A stretch of 64,000 nt of DNA from Vicinamibacterales bacterium (GTDB lineage Bacteria > Acidobacteriota > Vicinamibacteria > Vicinamibacterales > JAMQPK01): assembly GCA_963802345.1 (NCBI GenBank), contig CAWDIK010000011.1:65757-129756 (forward strand), given 5' to 3'. Positions 1 to 10,729 of the stretch are shown here, one piece after another. A model generated the notes under the pieces. That model was not told the DNA's origin and searched no databases. It was given only the letters and a program-made list of their open reading frames with translations. The position numbers and the translations under genes were made by a program. Every line of letters begins with the position of its first letter. Positions within the stretch are counted from its first letter, which is position 1.

Positions 1-712
1 CTGCACCCCGGCCTCCGGCACGCTCCGGCAGCGCTCGAACGTTCACGTCGACGCCCGCGTCCAACAGCACCCGAGCCGACTCGAGGTCTCCTTCGCGAGC
101 CGCAAAGTGCAACGCGGTGAACCCGGTCTTGGTGTGAGCTTTGACATCCGCATGCGCCTCGATCAGCGCCTTCACAACACTTGGGTGCTGTTCCGCCGCG
201 GCCCACATCAACGCGGTTTGATCCTGAGTGGGCTCTTTGGCATTCACGTCGGCGCCATGAACCAGCAGCATGCGAACCGCTTCGACACTGCCGGTGTGGG
301 CGCACGTCATCAGCGGCGTCTCACCGGTCCCGATTGGGGTGTTGGGTTGTGCGCCGGCTTTCAGCAGCAAGTCGACCAATGCCGAGCTTCCGTTCGTGCA
401 GGCTCGAGAAAGCGGAGTCATCCGCAAATCGTTCGCCGCGTTGGCATCGGCGCCGGCCCTGAGCAGCAGCTCCGCAGTGCGGACATCGTTCCAATGCGAC
501 GCCCACAGGAGTGCCGTCGAGCCGTCTGCGGATCGGACGTTTACGTTCGGATTCCCCTTGAGCAACGCAGCCGTCTGCTGCGCGTCCTGGTTTTTTGCAG
601 CCTCGACCAGCCGGAGGTCGTCGCCAGCGGCGGCCGCGCCGACAACCATGAGCAGCGTGAGCGAACACGCCCGAAGGACGCCCTGCCAATTGCAGTCGTC
701 TGACATACTCAT
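1..712 (-). CDS. Ankyrin-repeat protein with N-terminal signal/TM segment; 3' end lies outside the window
   Basis: Absent from the ORF track because it has no stop in the window. Reverse translation from ATG 712 gives MSMSDDCNWQGVLRACSLTLLMVVGAAAAGDDLRLVEAAKNQD... This is followed by consecutive ~33-aa ankyrin repeats (DGSTALLWASHWNDVRTAELLLRAGADANAAN; TPLMTCAHTGSVEAVRMLLVHGADVNAKE; TALHFAAREGDLESARVLLDAGVDVN). Confidence 0.8.
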   Translation of the reverse strand, partial: MSMSDDCNWQGVLRACSLTLLMVVGAAAAGDDLRLVEAAKNQDAQQTAALLKGNPNVNVRSADGSTALLWASHWNDVRTAELLLRAGADANAANDLRMTPLSRACTNGSSALVDLLLKAGAQPNTPIGTGETPLMTCAHTGSVEAVRMLLVHGADVNAKEPTQDQTALMWAAAEQHPSVVKALIEAHADVKAHTKTGFTALHFAAREGDLESARVLLDAGVDVNVRALPERAGGRGA

Positions 713-1131
713 CCCCTCATTATGTACAATCTTGCCGACTGGGTTATCTCTGAGCGTAACACACGCCTGGGGACCACTCCTCAAAAAGAGCCGGGGCGTC
801 CTCCCCAGAATTCCGAGCTTAAGATGCGACGGCTCCATGTCGCGTGCAGCTCTTCGGACGTCATGAGGCCGATTGAAGCGATGACGGCGCGTTGAAGCCC
901 TGGGTGCAGCGCTTCTTCACCCAGTGAATCTGATCGGCCGACGTCGAAAAGGAGAATCCTCGCGATTCCGCCCCGCAGTGACGGGGAAGACTTCGTGTTA
1001 TAGGCACGCTGTAATTATCGGCCATTCACGGGTTCGGCTTCGCAAAGGCAAATCCAAGGCGTCTAAGGGATGCGCTGCTGTTCCGGCGGACGCAGTTCAT
1101 GGAATACACGTATCTGATACGTTCCAGTTCG

Positions 1132-3278
1132 TTAACGCGGTGCCGCCTTCGCGAGCATCTCAGTCACCAGCCGCTCGAGCTCGTTGACGCGTGCTTTCAA
1201 CGCATCGTGCTCCGCCTTCAGTTCCTTGACGGCCTGAATCGTCAGCAATGGGAGCATGGTGTAGTCGATCGCCTTGAAGCCGTCGTCACCCGTTATCACG
1301 AGCTGGACAATATCTTCCTCGACGTCCTGCGCAATCAAGCCGTAGGCGCGGCTGTCGCCGAAATGCTGCTGCGGGAAGTCCGCCGCGCGCCAGAAGTAGT
1401 GCACCGGCTGCAAGGCCGTCAGTTGATTCAGCACGGGACTGAACGGCGTGATGTCCTTTTTGAAGCGGCGGTCGGACGAGCAGACGCCGATCAGCCCTGT
1501 CCCGGCGAAGTTCCTGAGGCAGCCGTTGGTGCCGCTGGTGCCCATCCGGATATCGCCAAACACCTGCAGCTTGTCCGTAATCGTTGGGATGTCGGTGAAC
1601 GTGCCAATGCCGACGTTGCCGTCCGGCATAATCGCCATGCGCGTGGTGGGCGTGTTCGTCCCGGTCGCGGTCGTGTTGAAGTGGATTGAGGTGCCCTGTG
1701 CCGAGTCCGTCCAGGTCTCGGCCGCTCGCACGAACATTCCGCCGTTGCCGGTTCCGTTGAAGTTCGTCGCCCCATAGCCGCGCCCGAGGAATCCCGCGAG
1801 CACATCGCCATCCTGGACCGCCGATGGCGCATCCGCAGTGCCCCTGGTCATTCGACCGACGAACAGTGAACCCTGGGGAGAACTTGCAACTGTCGTGGCG
1901 GACACTTGTGTGTACGGCAGCGGTAAGTCGGCATTGCTGGCTTCGAGGGTCCCCGTGACCGGCACGGTGCCGGTACCGATGCCGAGCCTCCCTGACGCCT
2001 CGAGCGTCATCCGAGTCGTCGGGGAAGTCGCATTGATCGATGTGGTCATGAACGTGAGCGCGGTGCCCTGTGCAGTGTCCGAGAAGTTTTGCGCGGCCTG
2101 CACCGTCATGCCTCCGGTAAAGGCCGGACCAAATGTCGTCGTGCCGTAGCCTTGGCCGTAGAAGCCTGCCAGGCCATCGCCGGTCTGCACGGCCATTGGC
2201 CCGCCGGACGTGCCTCTGGCTCTCCTCGCCAGGTAATAGGGGCCGAGAGTGTTCGTGTAACTGGTCATCCACATGTTCGCGGGCCCGCCGGGCACAGCAT
2301 TGCTGACTTCGAGGAGCGCCGACGGCGCCGTGGTTCCGATTCCGATGTTGCCGTTGTTACGGACGAAGAAGCGCGAGGCGCTGCCGGTCATGAAGTTGAT
2401 CGACGGGTTCGACGCAATGTTGTTGATCCGGTATTCGTGGGTGACGTTGTTGAAGCCCTGGAATTGTGCGAGCGCCCCAAACTGGTCGTAGAACAACGTC
2501 CCCGAATACGACGTCGTCGTATTCCCCAGGTTCTGCACCGCGAGCCCCGTGATCGCGCCGTTCGTGTTGTTGAACCGCAGGTGCAGCTGGTCAGGGGGGC
2601 CGTGGTACCGATGCCGACCGCTCCCGTCGGCACCGCGGCGGTGGGCGTCTCGTAGACCGCCGAGTTCCCGACATCCGACGTATTCACATACTTGGCGAGA
2701 AAATTCGTCGTCCCCGGCAACACCGCCGCCAGGCTGGGCGCTTCCGTCACCGTCAACGTCGATGTCGTCGTCGATGGCTCGCGGCTGATGCCGTCGGTCG
2801 ACGCCGCCGTTGGCGCGCGCAGATACGCCGAGGCCGGCAGCCCACCGAGCGTCTCCGCATCCGACGCCTTCAGCGCATACGGCACGCTCGCGATGCGTAC
2901 CCGCGCCTGCTCCCGTTCGCCCGCGCGCTCGAAGAGCAGACTCATCCACTGCCCGTCGCCGGAGGCAAACACCTCGGCCGGAATGCCGGCCGGATGGCTC
3001 GCGCCGAGCAGCAGCGTGAAGCGGCCCGTCGTCTTCTCGATCGCCACAGTCTGTTGTTCCTGCCACACCGGCAGGCCTCCAGCCGCCTCCGCGTAGACCG
3101 ACAACGTGACGATCTCGACCGCGGACGGCGGCTGGCCATCCACCGGCTGGAACACGCCGGAGATCTGAATCAGCCGAGGGACCGTTATTGAGGGATTCGC
3201 TGGCGCTGATTGCCCGAAAGCGGTGACGGAACTCAGAACACAGACGACCGTGACGAGGGCGGTAGAGATCCGTCGCAT
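1132..3278 (-). CDS. Secreted tail-fibre-like repeat protein with C-terminal intramolecular-chaperone (peptidase S74-type) domain; frameshifted as assembled
   Basis: ORF 2388..3278 (signal peptide MRRISTALVTVVCVLSSVTAFGQSAP) and ORF 1132..3066 join at a G6/C6 run at ~2594-2599 (...GAVGIGTTAP|PDQLHLRFNN...). GN(I/V)GIGTTAP-type motifs are repeated. The C-terminus CSSDRRFKKDI...YGLIAQDVEE...LKAEHDALKARVNELE carries the SDxRxK autocleavage signature of endosialidase/tail-fibre chaperone domains. Confidence 0.8.
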
Positions 3279-3531
3279 GGAGAACTCCTTGTGCCTGTTT
3301 CAGTCGAGTTGGTAGGACTTACGAGAATTCGCTCGCTCACGTATTTCGTCATCGCCCTCACGGTCGGCTTCGTCATCGGCGGCGCGTGATCGGCGCAGCA
3401 GACGTCAGTATTCGGCTTGTAGGGGCCTCTCGCCTCTATGGCTCGAAGCAAGTGCCCGAACGGTTCTGCGACTTGGATAACGTGCGGTTCTTGCCACACG
3501 CGACCACGATGCTGCCCGGCAGGCGCTTCGC

Positions 3532-3663
3532 GGCTTCCTCGATAAGATCGCAATTCCGCCCGGCGACGGACTGCCACAGATTGTAGGGAATCTCGGGGAG
3601 ATGCTGAAGGCCGCTGCGACTCGGAACGGCTCTGCGTCTGTCGCTTATGTTGGTTGCGGGGGG
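3532..3663. repeat. Copy A of a ~135-bp direct repeat (3' end of tRNA-fMet plus its downstream flank)
   Basis: 3651..3663 (tggttgcgggggg) equals the last 13 nt of the tRNA gene (5302..5314). The adjoining ~67 nt match 5235..5301 at roughly 85-90% with one 2-nt gap. A further ~55 nt match at roughly 70% ungapped. Identities were counted by eye. Confidence 0.7.
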
Positions 3664-3804
3664 CCCGCAACCGTCAATACCGACGGCGCTGTACGTGGTG
3701 GCCGCTTGATCTTCTCCGTAGTGCCCCGCCTCCCTGCCCATGTGGAGCGTCGCCAACCCGCCTTCCGTGCGAGCCAGAGGAAAGCCGGGCCGTGATAGCG
3801 CATC

Positions 3805-5146
3805 TCATTTCACGCGCATGACATGATCCGCAACGGCGCGGTAGGCGGGTAGTGACATGGGATCGAGATTCGCGTTGCCCGCCAACGGGTGCGACGCGAA
3901 GCGCGCGATCACCATCTCGGCCTTCGGATCGACGTAAATCGCCTGTCCGTGGATGCCACGGGCCATGAAGACGCCGTGGGCGTCATGCGACACCCACCAG
4001 AAGTTGTGATAACTCCAGCCTGGTAGCGTGGCGTAGCCGGCTTTTGCGAAGGCTGCCGGGCTGCCGCCAGCGACGATGTCCGCGACCACAGTGGCTGGCA
4101 CGATCTGGATGCCGTTGAACGCGCCGCCGAGACGCATGACCTCGCCGAACCGCGCGAGATCGCGCAGGCGTGCATTCAGCGAACTGCCCATGAGCGGGAC
4201 ACCGGTATCGTCCACCTGCAGAAACGCGTCGCCTTCGGCGCCCAGACGGCTCCAGATCCGATCAGTCAATACCGCGGCAGGAGATTGATGGGTGACACGC
4301 GCGATGAGCCAGCCGACGACGTCCACGTTCGGCGTGTGATACGTGAAGCGTTCGCCATGCGCGCCGTTCTTCGGAACACTGGCAAGGAAAGGGAGAATGG
4401 ACCGCGGACCTGGATCATCGGCCGGTCGCGGGATGAAACCGGTCGCCCGCCGGTACGCCTCCATCGTGGGCGACTGACCCTCGTAGTTCTCCGTGAACTC
4501 GATTGCGGTAGTCATGTTCAGCACGTCGGCCACCGTCGCGTCGCCGAAGCCGGAGTTCACCAGTGCGGGAAGATAGCGGGACACTGGCGCGCGCGCCTCG
4601 AGAGCGCCCTCCGCGATCAGCATCGCGGCAATGGTGCCGGTGAAAGACTTGCTGACCGAAAATGCGATGTGGGGGCGATCGGCGGTCAACGCACCGAAAT
4701 ACCCGCCGTACACGATCCGGCCGCGATGCAGAATCACGATGCCGTCGGTGTAGTTCAACGTAAGGGAGTCTGCCCACGTTACCGGTGCGATGCCGCCGAT
4801 TGGCACGAAGGTCACGGCATCGATGTCCGTGCGCTCCGCGCGCGGCAGCGCCCGAACGAGACCGTCGCCGCGCGACACGTTGACCGTAGGCCGGAACTGC
4901 CTCCAGTTCGAGAAGCTCCAGCGCCACTGTGGAAACCTGTAGAAACTGCCGTCGTCGTACCGGATCTGCTTGTCTGGGCGGCGGCGACCCCACCATCCAT
5001 CCGAGCGCGACGGGATCGGTGGCGCGTGCCTTGGCGAACTCATCCCGGCGATCGCTCTGCGCCGCCTCCGGACGAGACAGCAGGAACAGCGCGATGCACG
5101 TCGCGCACACGGCGGTGATGATCGATTGCGTTCGGACCATGCTCAT
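3805..5146 (-). CDS. Serine hydrolase, beta-lactamase/transpeptidase-like family, with signal peptide; frameshifted as assembled
   Basis: ORF 3805..5043 carries the SxxK motif (FSVSKSFTG) and a class-C-like fold. The N-terminus lies in ORF 4415..5146 (MSMVRTQSIITAVCATCIALFLLS...LGWMVGSPPP) and joins ...DKQIRYDDGSFYRFP at ~4976-4985 through a 1-nt indel in a C/G run. Confidence 0.8.
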
Positions 5147-5180
5147 GCTGCTGTGCAGGTGATTCTACGGGCGACGCCGT

Positions 5181-5301
5181 GGCTTTCTGGAGAAGACCGT
5201 GATTCAGCCCGGTAACGGGCTGCTCCAAGTCGTCGGGAATTTCGGGGAGATGTTGAAAGTCCCGCTGCCGCTCGGAACGGCTCTACGGCTGTCGCTTATG
5301 A

Positions 5302-5316
<15 letters not shown>
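5181..5316. repeat. Copy B of the ~135-bp direct repeat; overlaps the 3' end of the tRNA-fMet gene
   Basis: See copy A. 5302..5316 is part of the intact tRNA and 5181..5301 is its downstream flank on the minus strand. The two copies bracket the serine hydrolase gene. Confidence 0.7.
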
Positions 5317-5377
<61 letters not shown>

Positions 5378-5647
5378 TCAATGTGTGAGGACTGGCCTTA
5401 CGAGACCGATCTAACCCTACAAGACTATCACAGAACCCGTGTCCGTTGGCGCGCTGACTTGTTGGCGGCCGACCTGAACGGGCACGATTGGAGAGCACTC
5501 ACCAGATGGAAGAATCGTTGCGCAGATCGATCGAGTGACGATAGCCTGAGTATTCGCGGCCACTGTCGCTGGGCGCCAGCGAATCAGACCTCAGCATCTC
5601 AGACCGTTAGTTTCCCGATCATCACTCTTCACTCGTCGACATTCTGA

Positions 5648-5675
5648 CAATCTATCAGATCTACCAATCATCAAT
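5648..5675. repeat. Tandem 7-9-nt repeat array (caatcta tcagatcta ccaatca tcaatg)
   Basis: Read directly from the sequence. It lies in the divergent spacer between the tRNA and the ORF starting at 5674, and is related to the arrays at 36487 and 53596 (rc GATTGGTAGAT-type). Confidence 0.7.
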
Positions 5676-6738
5676 GCGGATTGAGGGGGAACCACCAACC
5701 ATCGGCCTTTCGTACGGTACACTTCCACACTCCATGCGGGAACCGGGCGCGCCAGCGCCGTCGCGGGCGAGAATCCGGCCGATCGCCGTCGTCGCGGCGA
5801 TTGCCGGTGTGCTGCTCTTCATCTACACACTGCAGGCCTCCGGCCCGCGAGAAATCCTCCGGCAGCTCCGGCAAATCGGCGCCGGGTTCATCGTCGTCCT
5901 CGCGCTTTCGGCCATCCGTATGGCCGTACGCGCGAAGGCGTGGTCGCTGTGCGTCGAAGACACCGAGCGCTTCACGTTCGGGCAGGCCTTCAAGGCCTAC
6001 GTCACCGGCGACGCCGTCGGCAACGTGCTGCCCCTCGGACCGCTGGCCAGCGAAGGCACCAAAGCGCTGCTCATCCGCCGCAACATCGCGACATCAGCGG
6101 CGTTTTCATCCGTCGTCCTCGAGAACATTTTCTACAGCATCAGCGTCGCGATCATGATCATGATCGGCACGCTCGCGTTCCTCCTCGGCTACAGCCCGAC
6201 GAACGCCGCGCTGACGATCACGCTGTCACTTGGCGCCGTCGCGATCGTCTCCGTCATCGCGGTGTGGTGGCTGCTTCGAAGCGAGCCGCGGTTTCTCAGT
6301 CGATTCCTGAAACATTCCGCCGTGCGCGATGCGGAAGATCGCGTCTTCCGCTTCGCGGCCACGCGCAAGGAACGCATCGGGCAGATTCTGCTGCTGCAGT
6401 TCGCCTTCCACGTAACGGCGGTGCTGGAGATCTATTTCCTGCTGCGGCTGCTCGTGGGCCACGGCGATCGCACGTGGCTGATGGCGCTGGTTCTCGGCAC
6501 CGTCGAGCGCCTCATCATGATCGCGTTCAAGTTCGTGCCGCTGCGGCTGGGCGTCGATCACGCGGGATCGGGATCGATCGCGCAGATTCTGGGGATCGGA
6601 GCGGCGGTAGGCGTCACGATCGCAACGGTACGAACCGCAAGAAATCTGTTCTGGGCTGCTCTCGGCCTGGCGTTGCTGGCGATGGAGGCACGAGAAGCAG
6701 CCGAGAGCGGCCTAGGCCGAGATCAGCACGGCGCCTAA
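5674..6738 (+). CDS. Multi-pass membrane protein, flippase-like / lysylphosphatidylglycerol-synthase TM-region family (tentative)
   Basis: Intact 354-aa ORF with ~8 hydrophobic segments. The N-terminal pattern ...IAVVAAIAGVLLFIYTLQASGPREILRQLRQIGAGFIVVLALSAIRMAVRAKAWSL resembles UPF0104/LPG-synthase-TM proteins. An alternative start is ATG 5734 (MREPGAP). Confidence 0.55.
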   Translation: MRIEGEPPTIGLSYGTLPHSMREPGAPAPSRARIRPIAVVAAIAGVLLFIYTLQASGPREILRQLRQIGAGFIVVLALSAIRMAVRAKAWSLCVEDTERFTFGQAFKAYVTGDAVGNVLPLGPLASEGTKALLIRRNIATSAAFSSVVLENIFYSISVAIMIMIGTLAFLLGYSPTNAALTITLSLGAVAIVSVIAVWWLLRSEPRFLSRFLKHSAVRDAEDRVFRFAATRKERIGQILLLQFAFHVTAVLEIYFLLRLLVGHGDRTWLMALVLGTVERLIMIAFKFVPLRLGVDHAGSGSIAQILGIGAAVGVTIATVRTARNLFWAALGLALLAMEAREAAESGLGRDQHGA

Positions 6739-6750
6739 AGGCCAGCACTA

Positions 6751-6816
6751 CGACGACGACTAGACGCCACTGAGACGCCGTACGAGGTGCCGACTGCCGA
6801 CGACGGACTAGACGGC
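6751..6816. repeat. Direct repeat CGACGAC(G)GACTAGACG(C/G)C x2 filling a convergent spacer
   Basis: The two copies are 6751..6768 (cgacgacgactagacgcc) and 6798..6816 (ccgacgacggactagacggc). They lie between the stop at 6738 (+) and the stop at 6816 (-). Confidence 0.6.
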
Positions 6817-7421
6817 TACTTAGCCTCCGCCGCCGCCTTCTTCGCCAGGTCCGGCGTAATCGTCCAGTAGTACACCGTGGCGCCGTCGACGTTCAGCGTC
6901 TGCTCCGGTTTCCAGTCGCCCATGTCGAAATCGTGCGAGACGATGCGGGTGCCGGGTTTCAGCGTCCTCCACAGCGTCGGCCGCAGCTTCAGGTTGAGCG
7001 ACGGCAGCAGATACAACGACACGACCGTCGCTTCGCTGATGTCGGTGGTGAACAGGTCCTGATTCAGCACCCGCACGCGATCGCCGACGTTGTTCTTCTT
7101 GACGTTCTCGTTGGCTTCGGCGATGCGCCGCGGATCGATGTCGATGCACACCGCGCGGGCGCCCAGCTTGGCCGCCGTCACGGGAATGCGGCCGTCGCCG
7201 CAGCCGAGGTCGTACAACACGTCGCCGGCTTTCACGTTCGCCACTTTCAGCATCGCGTCGACGACGGTTTGACGCGTCGGCACGTAGATGACATCCGGCT
7301 GTCGAAGGCCTTGCTGCGCGGGGGCCGGCGCGGCCTGGCCGGCCGGCGCGGGCTCCGCCGAAGCGGCGCCGAGGCCAAGCACGAACACACCCACGAGAGC
7401 CGCCGCGAATCTAAGACGCAT
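6816..7421 (-). CDS. Secreted class I SAM-dependent methyltransferase
   Basis: Intact 201-aa ORF with signal peptide MRLRFAAALVGVFVLGLGAASAEP. SAM motif I is VLYDLGCGDGRI, followed by ...AVCIDIDP... Confidence 0.8.
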   Translation of the reverse strand: MRLRFAAALVGVFVLGLGAASAEPAPAGQAAPAPAQQGLRQPDVIYVPTRQTVVDAMLKVANVKAGDVLYDLGCGDGRIPVTAAKLGARAVCIDIDPRRIAEANENVKKNNVGDRVRVLNQDLFTTDISEATVVSLYLLPSLNLKLRPTLWRTLKPGTRIVSHDFDMGDWKPEQTLNVDGATVYYWTITPDLAKKAAAEAK

Positions 7422-7478
7422 GGATACCTTCCTTTGTGAAACCCGCGCGCTGGGGCAGGGGTCAATTGATTGTACCAG

Positions 7479-9117
7479 TTAAGCGACCTTCTGCACGATC
7501 GCGTGCAGGTCGCGAAGCCCGGCGCCGAGGTTCTTCAGATGCACGCGCAGCACGCGGCGTCCGCGCGACGCGAGCACTTCGAAGTCGCCGCGCGCCTGCA
7601 GCCGCTTGATGATGCCAAAGCTGTAGCGCTGCCCCGGCACCGGCAAATCCTCGGGATCGTCGCACGTGATCACGAGAAACACGCCGGAGTTCGGACCGCC
7701 TTTGTGCGCCTGCCCGGTGGAGTGCAGGTACCGCGGCCCGAATCCGACGGACGTCGCCACTTTCCTGCGGTCGCGCACGACCGCGCGAATGGCTGCGAGC
7801 GCGTCCTGGTGCGCGCGGTTCATCTCGATGAACGCGAGCAGCGCGAAATAGTCGCCTTCGCGCAGCTGATCGAGCAACCCCTTGATGTCCGTCTCCCCCA
7901 ACGCCGGCTCGTCGTCTCCCAACGTGCCGGTCTGCTCGTACTCGGCGGCAAGACGGCGCGTGACGATTTTCGCGGCCTCGACGTCGGGCTGATCGAACGG
8001 ATTGACGCCCAGCACGGCGCCGGCGACAGCAGTCGCAAACTCCCAGCGATAGAATTCGGCGCCGAGCGCGTGCCGATCGGGCCAGTCGATGCGCACCACC
8101 GGATGGCCCGCGCGTTCGAGCCGCTCGACCAGGGCGTCGGATGCGGGATCCGCCGCGCCCGACGAAACGGAGATGGATGAACACGCGGTCGCGGCCGTAG
8201 ACCTCGGGCGGTCCAGTCATCTCGCCTTCGATCGGGATGATGCCCTTGCCCTGCTTGCCGAGCGATTCGGCGACGAGCTGTTCCAGCCATCCGCCGAAGC
8301 TCGCCAGGCCGGGCGGCGCAATCAGCGTCGGCTTGTCGCGCCCCTCGAGCGCAAGCTCGCCGAGCAGGACACCAAGCTCGAGCGCGGAATTTTCAGGACC
8401 ATCGGCCGCACAACGCTGTGCCATTTCCCGGGCGCGATCGAGCAGCAGTTCCGGGTTCGCACCCAGCAACGCGGCCGGCACAAGGCCGAAGTTGGACAGC
8501 GCCGAGTAGCGCCCGCCGACGCTCGGGATGCCCGGGAAAATCGCGCGAAAGCCTTCCTGCTTCGCTGCCTGCTCGAGCTTCGAGCCCGGATCCGTGGTCA
8601 GCACGAAGTGACGTGCAGCGTCCGACTCGCCGAGCGCCTGTACCGCTCGATGGAAAAAGTGCTGCTTCAGGATGTTCACTTCGAGGGTCGTACCGGATTT
8701 CGATGCGACGAGAAACAGCGTTCGCCGAAAATCGATTGCCCGTTCCACCGAGAGGATCTGTCCGGGATCGGTCGAGTCAACGACGTGCAGGTGTGGATAG
8801 CCCTCGCCACGGCCAATGACCTCGCGCATCACCTCGGGCGCGAGGCTCGAGCCGCCCATTCCGAGCAGGACGACGTCGTTGATGCCGCCGGCCCTGACTT
8901 CGTCAGCGAATCGGGCGATCGCGGCGACGCCGCTCCGCTCCTGCATCGGCAGCGTCAACCAGCCGAGCCATCGGTCCTCATCGGCACGAGACCAGACCGA
9001 GGGGTCGCGATCCCAGATGCGGCGCACGATCTGCTGCTGCCGGTAGTCGGCGAGGCGCTGACGCACCTTATTGGCGAGAGTCTCGGACGCACTCCACGTC
9101 AGATCAGTTGTCGGCAT
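7479..9117 (-). CDS. pgi: Glucose-6-phosphate isomerase (PGI of the type found in Tal-PGI fusions); frameshifted as assembled
   Basis: The N-terminal part is the inner segment of the artefactual ORF 7462..10599 ([18 protein letters not shown]...VVLLGMGGSSLAPEV...LFLVASKSGTTLE...GGRYSALSNFGLVPAAL...). The C-terminal part is ORF 7479..8099 (...GVNPFDQPDVEAAK...GFGPRYLHSTGQAHKGG...). They join at ~8145-8163 (...HLRFVG|AADPASDALVERLERAGHPVVRIDW) at a G-run. Confidence 0.85.
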
Positions 9118-9771
9118 GTGTCTATGCGCCTGCCTGGAGCGGGCTGACGCTGCCATCGCGATTTCCTGAACGCGAGCGCGAGGCGGAAACAGAGGAGAAG
9201 GGCGACGATGCCCGCGTAGATCAGCGGATGCAGCGTGTCGGCTTTCACGCGCCACAAGTAATGGATGACGCCGGCGATACCCGTCACGTAGATAAGGCGG
9301 TGCAGCCGCTGCCAGTTCCGGCCGCCGAGCCGCCGGATCCATCCGGTCGTCGACGTCAGCGCCAGCGGAATCATCGACACGAACGCGATGAACCCGACAG
9401 TGATGTACGGCCGCTTGGCGACATCTTCCCAGATCGACGCCAGCAGGTTGACGAGGGTGCTCCAGGCAACGAAGCCGTCCGGAAAATCGAGGCTCGCAAA
9501 CCGATCGCCCACGAGATACGTGAGGAAGTGGAGCATGGAATAGAAAAAGGCAAACAACCCGAGCATGCGCCTGAAGCGGATAATCGGGTTCCAGCCGGTC
9601 GCGCGGCGAATCGGCGTAATGGCGAGAGTAATGACGACGAAGCGGAGCGTCCAGAGACCGGTCTGGTTGGTGATTTCGACGAGCGGATCGGCGGTGAGGT
9701 CGCCGTTGAAGCCGCGCCAGATCAGGTGCGCGAACGGAACGAGCGCAGCCGCAAAGACGAGCAGCCTTCAA
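9099..9771 (-). CDS. msrQ: Protein-methionine-sulfoxide reductase heme-binding subunit MsrQ (YedZ)
   Basis: ORF 9099..9566 ([18 protein letters not shown]...[24 protein letters not shown]) extends upstream in the same frame ([39 protein letters not shown]...) to the msrP stop without a canonical start. A TTG at 9771 overlaps the msrP TGA but is one nt out of frame (GG run ~9765). The true start is therefore either that TTG plus an indel, or CTG 9764. Confidence 0.8.
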
Positions 9772-10729
9772 TAGTATCTCTTCAGATCCATCCCGGAGTA
9801 CAACGACGCCACCTGATCGCCGTAGCCGTTGAAGATCAGCGTCGGACGCATGAGGAACTCGCCGATGCGGCGTTCGCGCGCCTGCGACCATCGCGGGTGA
9901 TCGCGCTCGGGATTGACGTTCGAGTAGAAGCCGTACTCGTTCGGCGCGCTCAGCTGCCAGCTGTTCATCGGCTCGCGATCGGTCAACCGGATGCGCACGA
10001 TCGACTTGATGCTCTTGAACCCGTACTTCCAGGGGACGACCAGCCTGATCGGCGCGCCGTTCTGGTTCGGCAGGTACTCGCCGTAGAGTCCCACCGCAAG
10101 AATCGCGAGCGGGTGCATCGCTTCGTCGAGCCGCAGGCCTTCGGTGTAGGGCCACTCGAGCACCTGACGCCGCTGGCCGGGCATCTGCTGCGGGTTGAGC
10201 AGCGTCGTGAATTCGACGAACTTCGCGTTCGACGTCGGCTCGATCCGCTTCAGCAGCGTCGACGAGCGGAAACCCGACCCACGGGATCACCATCGACCAC
10301 CGCTCGACACAGCGGAGGCGATAGATGCGCTCCTCCAGCGCTTGCGGCTTGACGATGTCTTCGAGGTTGTAATCCGCGGGCTTGTTGACGAGACCGTCGA
10401 TCTTCACCTTCCACGGCGTCGTCTTGAGGGTGTGCGCGTTGACCGCCGGATCGCCCTTTTCGGTGCCGAACTCATAGAAATTGTTGTAGGTGGCGATGTC
10501 CTGATACTCGTTCAGCTTCTCGCCCTTGCCCCAGCCCGACTTCTCGATCGTGCCGGGAATCTTCACGCGCGGCCACGACTGCGCGTCGGCCTCGTCCATG
10601 CCCGAGGGCGCCGGCAGCCGCTCCGACGGTCGTCAACGCTGCGGCCTGAATGAATTCCCTTCGCCGCAAATACACCTTTTTATCGGTGATTTCCGAAGAC
10701 GGAATCGGGGCGTGACGTCTGAGCAGCAT
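9768..10729 (-). CDS. msrP: Protein-methionine-sulfoxide reductase catalytic (molybdopterin) subunit MsrP (YedY), Tat signal; frameshifted as assembled
   Basis: There are three pieces. ORF 10472..10729 has the Tat leader ...[27 protein letters not shown]. The start of ORF 7462..10599 reads ...[15 protein letters not shown]...[27 protein letters not shown] 9768..10184 reads ...[14 protein letters not shown]...[22 protein letters not shown]...HPRWSQA.... The match to E. coli MsrP is collinear from memory. Frame changes are at ~10600 and ~10260. Confidence 0.9.

Noticed and set aside
703-1131. Whether a gene remnant or ncRNA lies in the 420-bp lower-GC spacer between the ankyrin gene and the tail-fibre gene.
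   Set aside because: Minus-strand fragments such as ...ILLFDVGRSDSLGEEALHPGLQRAVIASIGLMTSEELHATWSRRILSSEFW... look vaguely protein-like. They have no start/RBS and no motif I recognise, and no convincing secondary structure was seen.
1132-3278. Whether there is a prophage or tailocin, suggested by the tail-fibre/S74 domain.
   Set aside because: No capsid, terminase, portal, baseplate, integrase or lysis genes are present within the window. The protein has a Sec signal peptide, and the neighbours are cellular genes. It is treated as a cellular surface protein, although the region upstream of position 1 is unseen.
9768-9771. Whether there is an MsrP-MsrQ translational fusion or stop-codon read-through. 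The two ORFs are in the same frame and separated only by a TGA.
   Set aside because: MsrP is periplasmic (Tat) and MsrQ is an integral membrane protein made separately in all known systems. A TTG overlapping the stop plus a 1-nt homopolymer error explains the observation.
7462-10599. A 1045-aa ORF, the longest in the track.
   Set aside because: It is a chance open frame in GC-rich DNA that runs through pgi, msrQ and msrP. Only two inner segments of it (the pgi N-terminal part and an msrP middle part) are real coding sequence. The rest is Arg/Ala/Pro-rich nonsense, out of frame with recognisable proteins.
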